This document shows, piece by piece, positions 1 to 7,583 of a DNA stretch of 24,000 nt; position 1 is the first letter of the stretch, and the number at the start of each line of letters is the position of its first letter. The translations under genes were made by a program, and so were the position numbers. This DNA is from Cyanobacteria bacterium P01_H01_bin.26 (GTDB lineage Bacteria; Cyanobacteriota; Cyanobacteriia; Phormidesmidales; Phormidesmidaceae). The stretch is from the NCBI GenBank assembly GCA_038748225.1, contig JBCDJC010000036.1:6261-30260 (forward strand), written 5' to 3'. The notes beneath the pieces were generated by a model. That model did no database searches. It was given only the letters and a program-made list of their open reading frames with translations, and was not told the origin of the DNA.

Positions 1-3000
1 CTAGACGGTTTGCCCCTGGATGATTCGCTCCTAGACGATGGGACTGAAGATATCACCCTGATTCAAACAGGCGATACAGAACTCCAAATAGAAGAACTCC
101 AGATAGAAACAGACGATACAGAACTCCAGGCCGAGTCAGCCCCAGAGGCTGCCACAGATGGTGATTCTGAGCCAGCGTCCCTACCCCTAAATACGCCCCT
201 GGGAGCCATTGACGAAAGTCTTGATCTGCTAGCCATGGGGATAGATGCTAATGCTGCTTTAGATCAAACAGACGATGACTCAAACCAGGATTTACTATCC
301 CAGATAGCGGCTGAGAGCGATCTGTTCAACCTGGACACCGATTTTGATCTAGGTCTTGAACCAGATGGGCCGAATCAGGAGCCAGCCAACGACCTGCTGG
401 AGGGAGCCCAATTGCCAGAGCGGTTCCCCCACCCGTCGGATCTTGCAGAGAGTGGGCCAGAGTCTTCCGACCCAGGCTCCGAAGAGGTTCTGTCTGTGAC
501 AGAGGCGGAGGCGCTTGAAGCGAGCCAGGTGGCTGACGACTGGCTGTTTTCCCAAACCACGGCAGCGGCGACTCTAGACCTCCTGGATGACCTGGCGGCA
601 GACCCACCAGAGATATCCGGAGACGCCATCCCCCCAGCTACGATGCAGGCCCTATTTGGGGATAGCGTTGAACTTAGTGGGGGAGTCGCCCAACCGGCCG
701 ATGAGACCATAACATCCCTATCGGAGCTGCTGCCCGATGAGACACCCCCAGACACGGTCGAAGAATTTCCAAACGATGTCCCAGACGACGTCTATATAGC
801 CGCATCGGCCAATGAGGATTTAATTAATCTGACGGAATCAGGGGCCGAGCAGCGCCTACTGCTTGACTTTGATGATGAACAGCTGGTGGAGCGGCTGGAC
901 GAGGATCTACAGAAACTGGCAGGCGATACATTCTCCACTGACTATGGTGTCGAAGAAGACGCCCTCGATCCCTTGGATCAAACAACCTTAGAAACCATTG
1001 TTAGGGAACTAAATCTAGAAGATTTGGACCATGATGATGGGCCACCGAACACCGCCAGTGTTTCAGACAGCTCCAGTGAAGGGGAAACGAGCTACGGCAT
1101 AGAAGCCGACATTTCATCACAGATAGATGAAGCAAGCGCCGATTTTGATCTATTTGAGGGATTTTCTACGGATACGGCCAGCATTGATGATCCGTCGGCG
1201 GAAGACAGGCCAGATGCAGCTGAGTTGGCGGTCACAGCTGTACAGCCGTTGATCGATGAGGAGACTCAAGAGCTGGATTTTTTAGGTTTGGCCGCCGATC
1301 CGCTGGCGTTAGACGATGAAGTGACCGAATCCCTGGAGAATGAGCTGGGAGACCTCAGTGAGCATTCCGATAGCCTATCTCAGGATTTGACGGAGACTAT
1401 GGTCGGTCAACCGCTGTCAGATCTAGAGGCCCCCGTGATAGCAGAGGACGACACGCTATCGTTTCCGACAGTAGATGATACGGAACCCCGATTGGATTCG
1501 GCGACCGTCCCAGATGTCCCACCGGATTTACTCATTGATGATGGGCTGAGCGAGGTATCACCCGAGGCAGACGACTTTTTGCAGGCGGAGCAGCAGGCTT
1601 TTTGGCAAGCGATCGCTGCGGATGAGAGCTCCCAAGCTGTGGACCCTGGAGCGGCTGAACTAAACCCAGACGCTGCCCTCGAGCCGCTTTTGCTAGACCT
1701 CAATGAGGAGCAGAATTTAGATAATTTGCTGGGGTTAGATACCCTATCGCCCCACAGACCGGAGGTGGAGGATGAGATTGACTTTGGCGATCTCGACGAG
1801 CTGTTTGGCCAGTCGTCCCCGCCAGAGCTGGCGGATCTCGAACAGGCGGATCCCACCGACAGTGAAGCTACTCAGACGACTGACTCACTGGCGGATTTAG
1901 AGCTTGAGTCGGTCACGTCTCCTGAGGCGCTTATACCCCAGCTCGACGGGCCGCCGTTTGAGGCCGAGATCGCGGCAGCTGTCGTATCTGAGGACAGGGT
2001 AGAGAGCCCGATAGATAGTCAAACTCAGACAGCTGAGGCGATTATAGAGCCTGGCGATGATGACGGGGCTATACTCCCCCCGACAGTGGCAACGGCTCAA
2101 GGGGACTGGTTTCTAGGTCTAGATGTAGGCTCAACGGGACTATCCGCTGTGATTATGGATCGCCGCACCGGTCAGGTCTATCCCCTCTACTGGCAAACAG
2201 CAACAGATAGTGCCAAACACTTTCGGTTACCGGCAACAGCGGTCATGACCTCGACCCAGGAGACCCTGGCGGTGGGCTATGACGCCATGGCCGCGCTGGG
2301 GGATTTGGTCAATGAATCCGATTCAAAGGCACCCGATCTAGTTGGGGTCCATCGCCTCAAGCCATTGCTCAAAGTGGCGGTGGGGCACGGTCAGACCCTG
2401 GCCAACTCAGACCCCTGGCTGCGCTGGTCAGACACCGTGGAGCTGCCGATGCTGCAGGTGCTGCAGGCCATGGTGGCACTGCTGAAATATATGGTGGGTC
2501 AGGGGCAGGCGGTTGGATTAGAACAGGGGGAGCTGCAGCAGCTATGGGAAAACCTGCAGGGGGTGGTGGTGGGCTATCCCACCAACTGGCCAGATACCTA
2601 TAGCTTTAATCTACGGGAAGCTGTGCTGGCCGCTGGTTTAATCGACCAGCCGGGGAAGGTCTTGTTTGTAGAGGATGCGATCGCAACGGTGCTATCCGGT
2701 CTCCCCGATCCTGAGACCCTAGCTGTCCCAGAGACCGTGCCCCTGTCGCGTCAGCCCAGCCTGTATAACTGCCAGTGGCAAGATAGCACCATTGTTATCA
2801 GCGGCGGGGCGGTCATGACCGAACTGGGCCTGGTTAATTTACCCAAGAATCTAGCCAACCTAAACTATGCCGATTTTGCCCTACGTGGGTTTGCCTACGC
2901 GGGTGATGCCCTAGATCAAGATATTGTCTGCCAGCTATTGCTACCGGCGGAGCGACGTCAGCCCCTGGGTGAGGCCGACCGTAATACCCCCTGGGACTGG

Positions 3001-3924
3001 CAGGGATATCTGTCCCCAGAAGATGCCAACTGGGAGGAGCTGCAGCTCGATACCCTGACGCTGCCCGCCGTTGGCCATGTCGACTGGGTCCAGCGCTACC
3101 ATCTGCAGCAGCGACTGCAGGCGTCTAGCTTGGGCCAAAGTTTGCTGGCAGCGGCTCGCCATTTAAAGCTGGCCCTGCAGCAGCGTAACCAGATTCGAAT
3201 ATCCCTGGCGGGACAGCAGTGGCTGATCAAGCGGCGCTACCTTGAAAGCCTGATCTTTTTGCCCTATATCCAACGGATTAGCCGTTATCTAAACGTGCTG
3301 TTGGGCCACCACGCCGTGGATGCCCAAGCTATTAAGCAGGTGATCTGCACCGGCGGATCGGCCTCTTTACCGGCAATTGCGCGCTGGCTGCGTCAGAAGT
3401 TTCCCAACGCCACCATCATTCAGGATACCTATGCCACCGAGCTGCCCCAGAGCTGTAGCCGGGTTGCCTACGGGCTGGTCAATTTGGCTCGCTATTTTCA
3501 AGTTTTAAACGTTACCCGTCAGCAGTATAGTGACTACTTTTTGCTGATGGAGCTGCTGCGGGTCTTTCCCCAACAGCCGCTGCCGGTGGGGGCCATCATG
3601 CACCTGCTAGAACAGCGTGGGGTGAATACCCAAGCCTGTCACCTGCACATTTTGGCCCTGTTAGAGGGGCATCTGCCCCCGGGTCTGGTGCCAACGGCGG
3701 CGGATCGCGGGTTGATTAGCGATCGCACCACCGATTTAGCCACCTATCGAGCACTGTTAAAAACTCCCCTATTTAGCAAAACCGTCACTGAATCAGGCGG
3801 GGTAATATACACTCCCAACGAAGCCCAGGCCGAGCAGCTGCGGGCCTATTTTAATCGGATTCTCATAGGCAAAGCCCAAACCTTAGAAGAACCCCTGATT
3901 GCCCAGCTTGAGGCGCTAGTATAG
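1..3924 (+). CDS. Large acidic protein: ~690-aa polyanionic low-complexity N-terminal region fused to a divergent Hsp70/actin-like ATPase domain plus a ~140-aa C-terminal helical region; the 5' end may lie outside the window
   Basis: One uninterrupted frame-1 ORF ends at TAG 3922-3924. The frame is also open from position 1 to the TTG at 10, so the real start may be upstream of the window; the first in-frame ATG is at 235. Residues ~1-695 are D/E/L/P/S/T-rich with almost no K/R. From nt ~2095 there are actin-fold/Hsp70 NBD-like motifs: DWFLGLDVGSTGLSAV (phosphate-1, DxGxT), VVVGYPTNW..REAVLAAGL (resembles Hsp70 VPAYFND..AGxIAGL), VISGGAVMTELG (degenerate phosphate-2) and VICTGGSASLPAIARWL (adenosine motif, GGxxxxP). 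Confidence 0.8.
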   Translation, partial: LDGLPLDDSLLDDGTEDITLIQTGDTELQIEELQIETDDTELQAESAPEAATDGDSEPASLPLNTPLGAIDESLDLLAMGIDANAALDQTDDDSNQDLLSQIAAESDLFNLDTDFDLGLEPDGPNQEPANDLLEGAQLPERFPHPSDLAESGPESSDPGSEEVLSVTEAEALEASQVADDWLFSQTTAAATLDLLDDLAADPPEISGDAIPPATMQALFGDSVELSGGVAQPADETITSLSELLPDETPPDTVEEFPNDVPDDVYIAASANEDLINLTESGAEQRLLLDFDDEQLVERLDEDLQKLAGDTFSTDYGVEEDALDPLDQTTLETIVRELNLEDLDHDDGPPNTASVSDSSSEGETSYGIEADISSQIDEASADFDLFEGFSTDTASIDDPSAEDRPDAAELAVTAVQPLIDEETQELDFLGLAADPLALDDEVTESLENELGDLSEHSDSLSQDLTETMVGQPLSDLEAPVIAEDDTLSFPTVDDTEPRLDSATVPDVPPDLLIDDGLSEVSPEADDFLQAEQQAFWQAIAADESSQAVDPGAAELNPDAALEPLLLDLNEEQNLDNLLGLDTLSPHRPEVEDEIDFGDLDELFGQSSPPELADLEQADPTDSEATQTTDSLADLELESVTSPEALIPQLDGPPFEAEIAAAVVSEDRVESPIDSQTQTAEAIIEPGDDDGAILPPTVATAQGDWFLGLDVGSTGLSAVIMDRRTGQVYPLYWQTATDSAKHFRLPATAVMTSTQETLAVGYDAMAALGDLVNESDSKAPDLVGVHRLKPLLKVAVGHGQTLANSDPWLRWSDTVELPMLQVLQAMVALLKYMVGQGQAVGLEQGELQQLWENLQGVVVGYPTNWPDTYSFNLREAVLAAGLIDQPGKVLFVEDAIATVLSGLPDPETLAVPETVPLSRQPSLYNCQWQDSTIVISGGAVMTELGLVNLPKNLANLNYADFALRGFAYAGDALDQDIVCQLLLPAERRQPLGEADRNTPWDWQGYLSPEDANWEELQLDTLTLPAVGHVDWVQRYHLQQRLQASSLGQSLLAAARHLKLALQQRNQIRISLAGQQWLIKRRYLESLIFLPYIQRISRYLNVLLGHHAVDAQAIKQVICTGGSASLPAIARWLRQKFPNATIIQDTYATELPQSCSRVAYGLVNLARYFQVLNVTRQQYSDYFLLMELLRVFPQQPLPVGAIMHLLEQRGVNTQACHLHILALLEGHLPPGLVPTAADRGLISDRTTDLATYRALLKTPLFSKTVTESGGVIYTPNEAQAEQLRAYFNRILIGKAQTLEEPLIAQLEALV

Positions 3925-4112
3925 TTTCGCGACGCCACAAATTGAAAAGGACGAGAGCCTTACTCCTCATACTTTTTAATCTGTACCGCACGGGCCCTGG
4001 GATGGACTGGGAATAGTCCACTTACTGGCCCACAAAATCCTCTGTTTAGACGGGGCTGATAACGCTTAAACAACCCTTACAAAATACAGTTCACCAGGTT
4101 CTAAAACGGAAA

Positions 4113-4146
4113 GTACAGGCGTTGCATATAACGTCTCTCCAGCATT
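4113..4146. repeat. 34-nt hairpin-forming dispersed repeat, copy A (inverted relative to copy B at 22902-22935)
   Basis: The reverse complement of 4113-4146 (aatgctggagagacgttatatgcaacgcctgtac) matches 22902-22935 (aatgctggagagacgttgtatgaaacgtctgtac) at 31 of 34 positions. Its core forms a 7-bp stem (aggcgtt/aacgtct with one G-U on the plus-strand RNA). It lies between the convergent 3' ends of the giant ORF and the AbrB-like gene. Confidence 0.75.
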
Positions 4147-4190
4147 GATTTTTGGATCTTATACAGTCTTGATCCTGAATGAGCCAGGGT

Positions 4191-4583
4191 CTAATCTTCT
4201 TTATCGACGTCTTTGCCACTGCCCATTTGATTTAAGTGGATGTGCTTATAGCCCAGCTTAATTTCAAACTCATCCCCCGGCTTTAGACCCATTTCTTGGG
4301 TATAGGTAGAACCAATTACGATCTGACCATTTTTGTGCACACTAACGCGGTAGGTTGGTTCACGCCCACGTCCATCCTTAGTACTTTCTGGCCCCAGGGG
4401 TATGCCTCTAGCCGCCAACAGAGCATCGTAGAAATCAGTTAAGTTTACCCTAACTTGCTGATCCTTAGTAATACTGAAATATCCGCACTCCTTAGCCTTC
4501 TCCCGCTTTGGCAGATGGGTTATTTCTTTCATTTTCTGCAGCAGTGCTTTCCCTGTCAGTGGCGTATTTTTGGTGTCGGCCAT
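4191..4583 (-). CDS. Cyanobacterial AbrB-like transcriptional regulator (cyAbrB / CalA-CalB family) with a C-terminal AbrB/SpoVT swapped-hairpin domain
   Basis: 130-aa ORF with an ATG start. The C-terminal segment YRVSVHKNGQIVIGSTYTQEMGLKPGDEFEIKLGYKHIHL matches the AbrB/MazE looped-hinge-helix pattern. Placement at the C-terminus and the ~130-aa size are typical of the cyanobacteria-specific cyAbrB clade. Confidence 0.85.
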   Translation of the reverse strand: MADTKNTPLTGKALLQKMKEITHLPKREKAKECGYFSITKDQQVRVNLTDFYDALLAARGIPLGPESTKDGRGREPTYRVSVHKNGQIVIGSTYTQEMGLKPGDEFEIKLGYKHIHLNQMGSGKDVDKED

Positions 4584-5216
4584 CGGATTTGAAGATTTAA
4601 TGATTAGGTCTAGAAAGAAGTGATGGAGGCAAGTTTTTGAGATTTAAAGCCAGAGGAGTCTCGACCTCTAGCCTATATAGAACAGGTTTTTCCCAAGAGG
4701 TCCTGATTATAACAGACGAAAAACACGTTTATCTAGGCGTATTCAAACCCTGAAAATACCTATGATAAAATCAAGGTTTGCTTCACTTAATGGGTGAAAC
4801 TTAGTAATATCAACAAATTATTATCATTTCATATTGTTTGTGCGTCAATCCCAAGGATTTCTGGGGAGCGAAGGTTAAAACAATACACTTAAAGTAGGTG
4901 TTTTCAAAGTATGGAATCAGGTTTCTAGTTTTCTTTGATTACCCTCATCTAAAAATAGTTTGACTAACCTTGCCAAGGTATGAATCTAAGGTTGCCAACC
5001 CGGCAAACATCCCCCTCTATCTGTCATTGTTAGCCAGATGATGATGGTTTAGAAACGTCCTTTTCTGGGTTGTAAAGGTGATTTCTTGGAAATTGTGCTG
5101 ATATGGGGAGTAGATAGTATAAGATTGTCCACAGCTTTAATAAAAATGATGCTTTTTTGGCAGCATTGCTCATTTTTTGAACTGTAATTTTCTGTTTTTT
5201 TAGTTTCGACTTTAGT

Positions 5217-5405
5217 ATGGCTAAGTCTGAATCAGACAAATCTGGTGCATCTCCGCCCGCTGACCCAACCGATGCTCCCGGTTTTGGCTGGACTTCCTAT
5301 GCGGAACGCCTCAACGGTCGGTTTGCCATGGTTGGTTTTTTGGCCCTGCTGCTACTAGAATTTTTTACCCGGCAGGACTTCTTTACGTGGTTAGGGTGGC
5401 CTTAA
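5217..5405 (+). CDS. hli: High-light-inducible protein (HLIP/Scp, single-helix CAB/ELIP/HLIP family)
   Basis: 62-aa ORF with an ATG start. It carries the chlorophyll-binding helix signature AERLNGRFAMVGFLALLLLE (ExxNGRxAMxGF) followed by a hydrophobic stretch. Size and motif are diagnostic of HLIPs. Confidence 0.88.
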   Translation: MAKSESDKSGASPPADPTDAPGFGWTSYAERLNGRFAMVGFLALLLLEFFTRQDFFTWLGWP

Positions 5406-5407
5406 CC

Positions 5408-6793
5408 CTACTGAATATTTATTTGATAATTTCCCTGTTCCGTTTGGTCGTAGGCATTGACAATGACTCGATATTGCCCCGTGTAGGGTAGCGCTATCTG
5501 CATGGCGGCATCGGTGCTGTTTTGGGCATAGTCATCGTTTTCAGCAATTTTGTTGCCTTGGTCATCGATCAGCAGCAAATAGGCATCAAAGTCCTGACTG
5601 TTGAGCGTAATGGTCACGGCCTGTCCCTGCTGGCCGTTAAATAGGTATTCCTCATAGAGGCTATTATCTGCGAGACGCTGATCTCGGCCGTTGAGGACAC
5701 CGCTTTCGCTCAAGATATAGGCGGTCTCCCCCAGACTGCTAATTCTCAGTTCATACTGCCCCTGTTCGGTAGCGCCATAGGAATTGGCAAGTACTAAATA
5801 GGTGCCGCCAGTGGTGAGGGTAATATCCAACCGGGCATTACGACCGCCGCCGCTGTCGTCATCTCGTCCCAGGTCTTCTTGGTTGGGGCCGTAGAGCAAT
5901 AAATAGGAGTCAAGCTGATCGCTATTCATGGCAATGCTGATCCGCTGACCGGCTCTTCCTTCAAAGGTATAGGCGTTGAAGTAGCTGTTGTCGGGCAGCA
6001 GGTTGCTACGGCTGTCTAAGCGATCGGCAACAGCACCACCGTCGATTGTGATTGGGGATGGCTCCTGTATGACTTGCCCCTGCCGCGAAGCAACCGTACT
6101 GGCCGTACCGTTTTGAACGGCGGCTATAAAGGGTATGACCTGCGGGGTTGCGATCGCAAAGCCAATCCCAATACTGCCCGCATTTTCCCCTATGGTAAAA
6201 ATCGACGTGTTGACACCAATCAGCTCACCCCTCCGATTCAATAAAGGACCGCCCGAACTGCCCGGATTGATGGCCGCGTCCGTTTGAACTAACCCACGCT
6301 CCGGGTCAATGCGGCTGACAATACCGACGGTAAAGGTACCCTGCAGACCAAATGGATTACCAATTGCAAATGCCTGCTGGCCGACCTGGGCCATACCGTT
6401 TGCCAAAGGCACCACAGGAAAAGTATCACCATCACCCTCAATCTGCACTGCAGCTAGATCCAAGCTGTCCTCAGCATATCCAACCACCCGACCTGAAAAC
6501 TGGCGGCCATCGGCCAGGCGTATGCTCACCTGGCTAGCCCCCCCGACCACATGGGCATTAGTCAAAACCAGCCCCTCCGGCGTGATGATGCTACCGCTAC
6601 CGGTACTATCACCCGCATCAATTGCCACGACTGCTGGGCTGGCCTGCTGATATACACGTACATTGATAGTCTCATCAATTCCCTGGGCATGGGCAACAGC
6701 CGGAGTAAACCCTTGACTTAGATCGAATGGCGCTCCAGCCATACCCAGAGCACATACCAACAGACCTTTGCAAGATAGAGAGATAAATGTCAT
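5408..6793 (-). CDS. Secreted trypsin-like (S1C, HtrA/DegP-like) serine protease with two tandem C-terminal PPC (pre-peptidase C-terminal) domains instead of PDZ
   Basis: There is an N-terminal signal-like sequence (MTFISLSCKGLLVCALGMAG...AVAHA/QG). The catalytic triad context is TNAHVV (His), SLDLAAVQI (Asp) and INPGSSGGPLLN (Ser). The C-terminal ~210 aa form two ~100-aa repeats with the PPC pattern (YxF.G..GQ.v.I.lnS..fD.YLLL....g..i..dDD...ntDA.i...l..tG.Y.v.v), e.g. DSYLLLYGPNQEDLGRDDDSGGGRNARL and DAYLLLIDDQGNKIAENDDYAQNSTDAAM. Confidence 0.85.
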   Translation of the reverse strand: MTFISLSCKGLLVCALGMAGAPFDLSQGFTPAVAHAQGIDETINVRVYQQASPAVVAIDAGDSTGSGSIITPEGLVLTNAHVVGGASQVSIRLADGRQFSGRVVGYAEDSLDLAAVQIEGDGDTFPVVPLANGMAQVGQQAFAIGNPFGLQGTFTVGIVSRIDPERGLVQTDAAINPGSSGGPLLNRRGELIGVNTSIFTIGENAGSIGIGFAIATPQVIPFIAAVQNGTASTVASRQGQVIQEPSPITIDGGAVADRLDSRSNLLPDNSYFNAYTFEGRAGQRISIAMNSDQLDSYLLLYGPNQEDLGRDDDSGGGRNARLDITLTTGGTYLVLANSYGATEQGQYELRISSLGETAYILSESGVLNGRDQRLADNSLYEEYLFNGQQGQAVTITLNSQDFDAYLLLIDDQGNKIAENDDYAQNSTDAAMQIALPYTGQYRVIVNAYDQTEQGNYQINIQ

Positions 6794-6933
6794 TGCTGTT
6801 CCAGCAGAGATAAGCTTCTTTACAAGATACCCCTAGCCTAAAACCATTCCGGTAAACCGGATAAAGATTTATAGCCTCAGCGCCCGCAGCATCTCCCGAG
6901 GGAAAGTTCACTTTGGCAAAAAATTGTTACACG

Positions 6934-6967
6934 AAAAAGGGGGAGCAACTGGTTGCTCCCCCTTTTT
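6934..6967 (-). terminator. Rho-independent (potentially bidirectional) terminator downstream of apcC
   Basis: An 11-nt GC-rich inverted repeat, gggggagcaac (6939-6949) / gttgctccccc (6952-6962), is flanked by A5 (6934-6938) and T5 (6963-6967). The innermost pairs must open to form a loop. On the minus strand the hairpin is followed directly by UUUUU, 26 nt after the apcC stop. Confidence 0.85.
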
Positions 6968-6988
6968 CGAATACATCTTTAGATAAAC

Positions 6989-7192
6989 TCAGGCCAAACC
7001 AGCATTGGCTCCGGGTCTACCAGTAGCTAACTCTACTTTGACAATCTTGCCACCCATCTTTTGAATTCGCTGCTGCTCGCGAAACCAGCTGTCGTAGGGA
7101 ACGAGCTTAGTAAAAAAAGTGTTCTGTAGCTCGCGCTGGGTGCGAATGCGAGATTGACTCGGCACACAGGCAGTAACCCGAAACATACGCAT
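6989..7192 (-). CDS. apcC: Phycobilisome core linker polypeptide Lc7.8 (ApcC, CpcD-like domain)
   Basis: MRMFRVTACVPSQSRIRTQRELQNTFFTKLVPYDSWFREQQRIQKMGGKIVKVELATGRPGANAGLA closely resembles ApcC of other cyanobacteria. I prefer the ATG at 7192 because of an upstream GGAGA (complement of 7202-7206); the ORF track starts at a TTG at 7216. Confidence 0.93.
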   Translation of the reverse strand: MRMFRVTACVPSQSRIRTQRELQNTFFTKLVPYDSWFREQQRIQKMGGKIVKVELATGRPGANAGLA

Positions 7193-7441
7193 AGCAGAGA
7201 TGTCTCCTAATCTCAAACAAAAACTATTTTGAAAACCGATTCCGAAAAGTCGATAACCTAGCTGACGCTCACATGGCTCTAGCTTAACGACACTAGTAAT
7301 TAACCAGATTAGAGCAAAACCAGCATCTTCTGATCTCGCCGGTCAGGACATTCCAAAACTTCTATAAATCAATCGGGTCTATCCACACCTTAGTCTCGAA
7401 GACAGTCGTTCAAAGACGTTCTATGAACCAAGCATAAACCC

Positions 7442-7534
7442 AAAAATTCGGAAGTCTGATAACCAATGAAAAACTGTCAACCTCCCCTGTATAAAGGCAT
7501 AGTTTGACAGGCACACTCGCTTCAGACTTCCGAA
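7442..7534 (-). terminator. Large nested stem-loop followed by a U-run downstream of apcB (candidate partial terminator/attenuator between apcB and apcC)
   Basis: The perfect 13-bp outer arms are ttcggaagtctga (7447-7459) and tcagacttccgaa (7522-7534). The inner 7-bp stem is ctgtcaa (7474-7480) / ttgacag (7504-7510). On the minus strand the structure is followed immediately by TTTTT (complement of 7442-7446). A separate small hairpin, ttgacc/ggtcaa, sits at 7546-7562 just after the apcB stop. Confidence 0.45.
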
Positions 7535-7583
7535 ACAGCGTTAGATTGACCCCTCAGGTCAACCTACACCACACCAGCTTGAC

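Noticed and set aside
72-128. 15-bp direct repeat cgatacagaactcca at 72-86 and 114-128
   Set aside because: It is in frame (42-nt offset) within the giant ORF and simply encodes a duplicated DTELQ peptide in the low-complexity region. It is not a mobile-element or regulatory repeat.
326-1856. Minus-strand ORFs of 68-149 aa (326-607, 349-555, 375-755, 1407-1856) antisense to the acidic region of the giant ORF
   Set aside because: They are Ser/Gly/Ala/Arg-rich mirror images of GAN/GCN/CTG-rich sense codons. They have no motifs and are fully nested in a much longer ORF that carries recognisable domains, so they are compositional artefacts.
5070-5201. Possible HLR1 (RpaB) site upstream of the HLIP gene: TTGTAAAG at 5070-5077 and the 10-bp-phased ctgtaatttt/ctgttttttt at 5182-5201
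   Set aside because: Only single half-sites resemble TTACA/TGTAA. The partner repeats do not match the consensus, so I cannot support an HLR1 call here even though hli genes are classical targets.
5030-5239. 69-aa minus-strand ORF in the AT-rich spacer, overlapping the hli start
   Set aside because: It has Lys/Leu/Ser-rich AT-driven composition, no ribosome-binding site and no motif. It overlaps the start of a well-supported HLIP gene.
6309-6911. Plus- and minus-strand ORFs of 61-113 aa overlapping the protease gene and its upstream region (6309-6650, 6352-6537, 6675-6911)
   Set aside because: They are nested in or overlap a protease ORF with an intact catalytic triad, and have Pro/Ala/Arg-rich antisense-type composition with no motifs.
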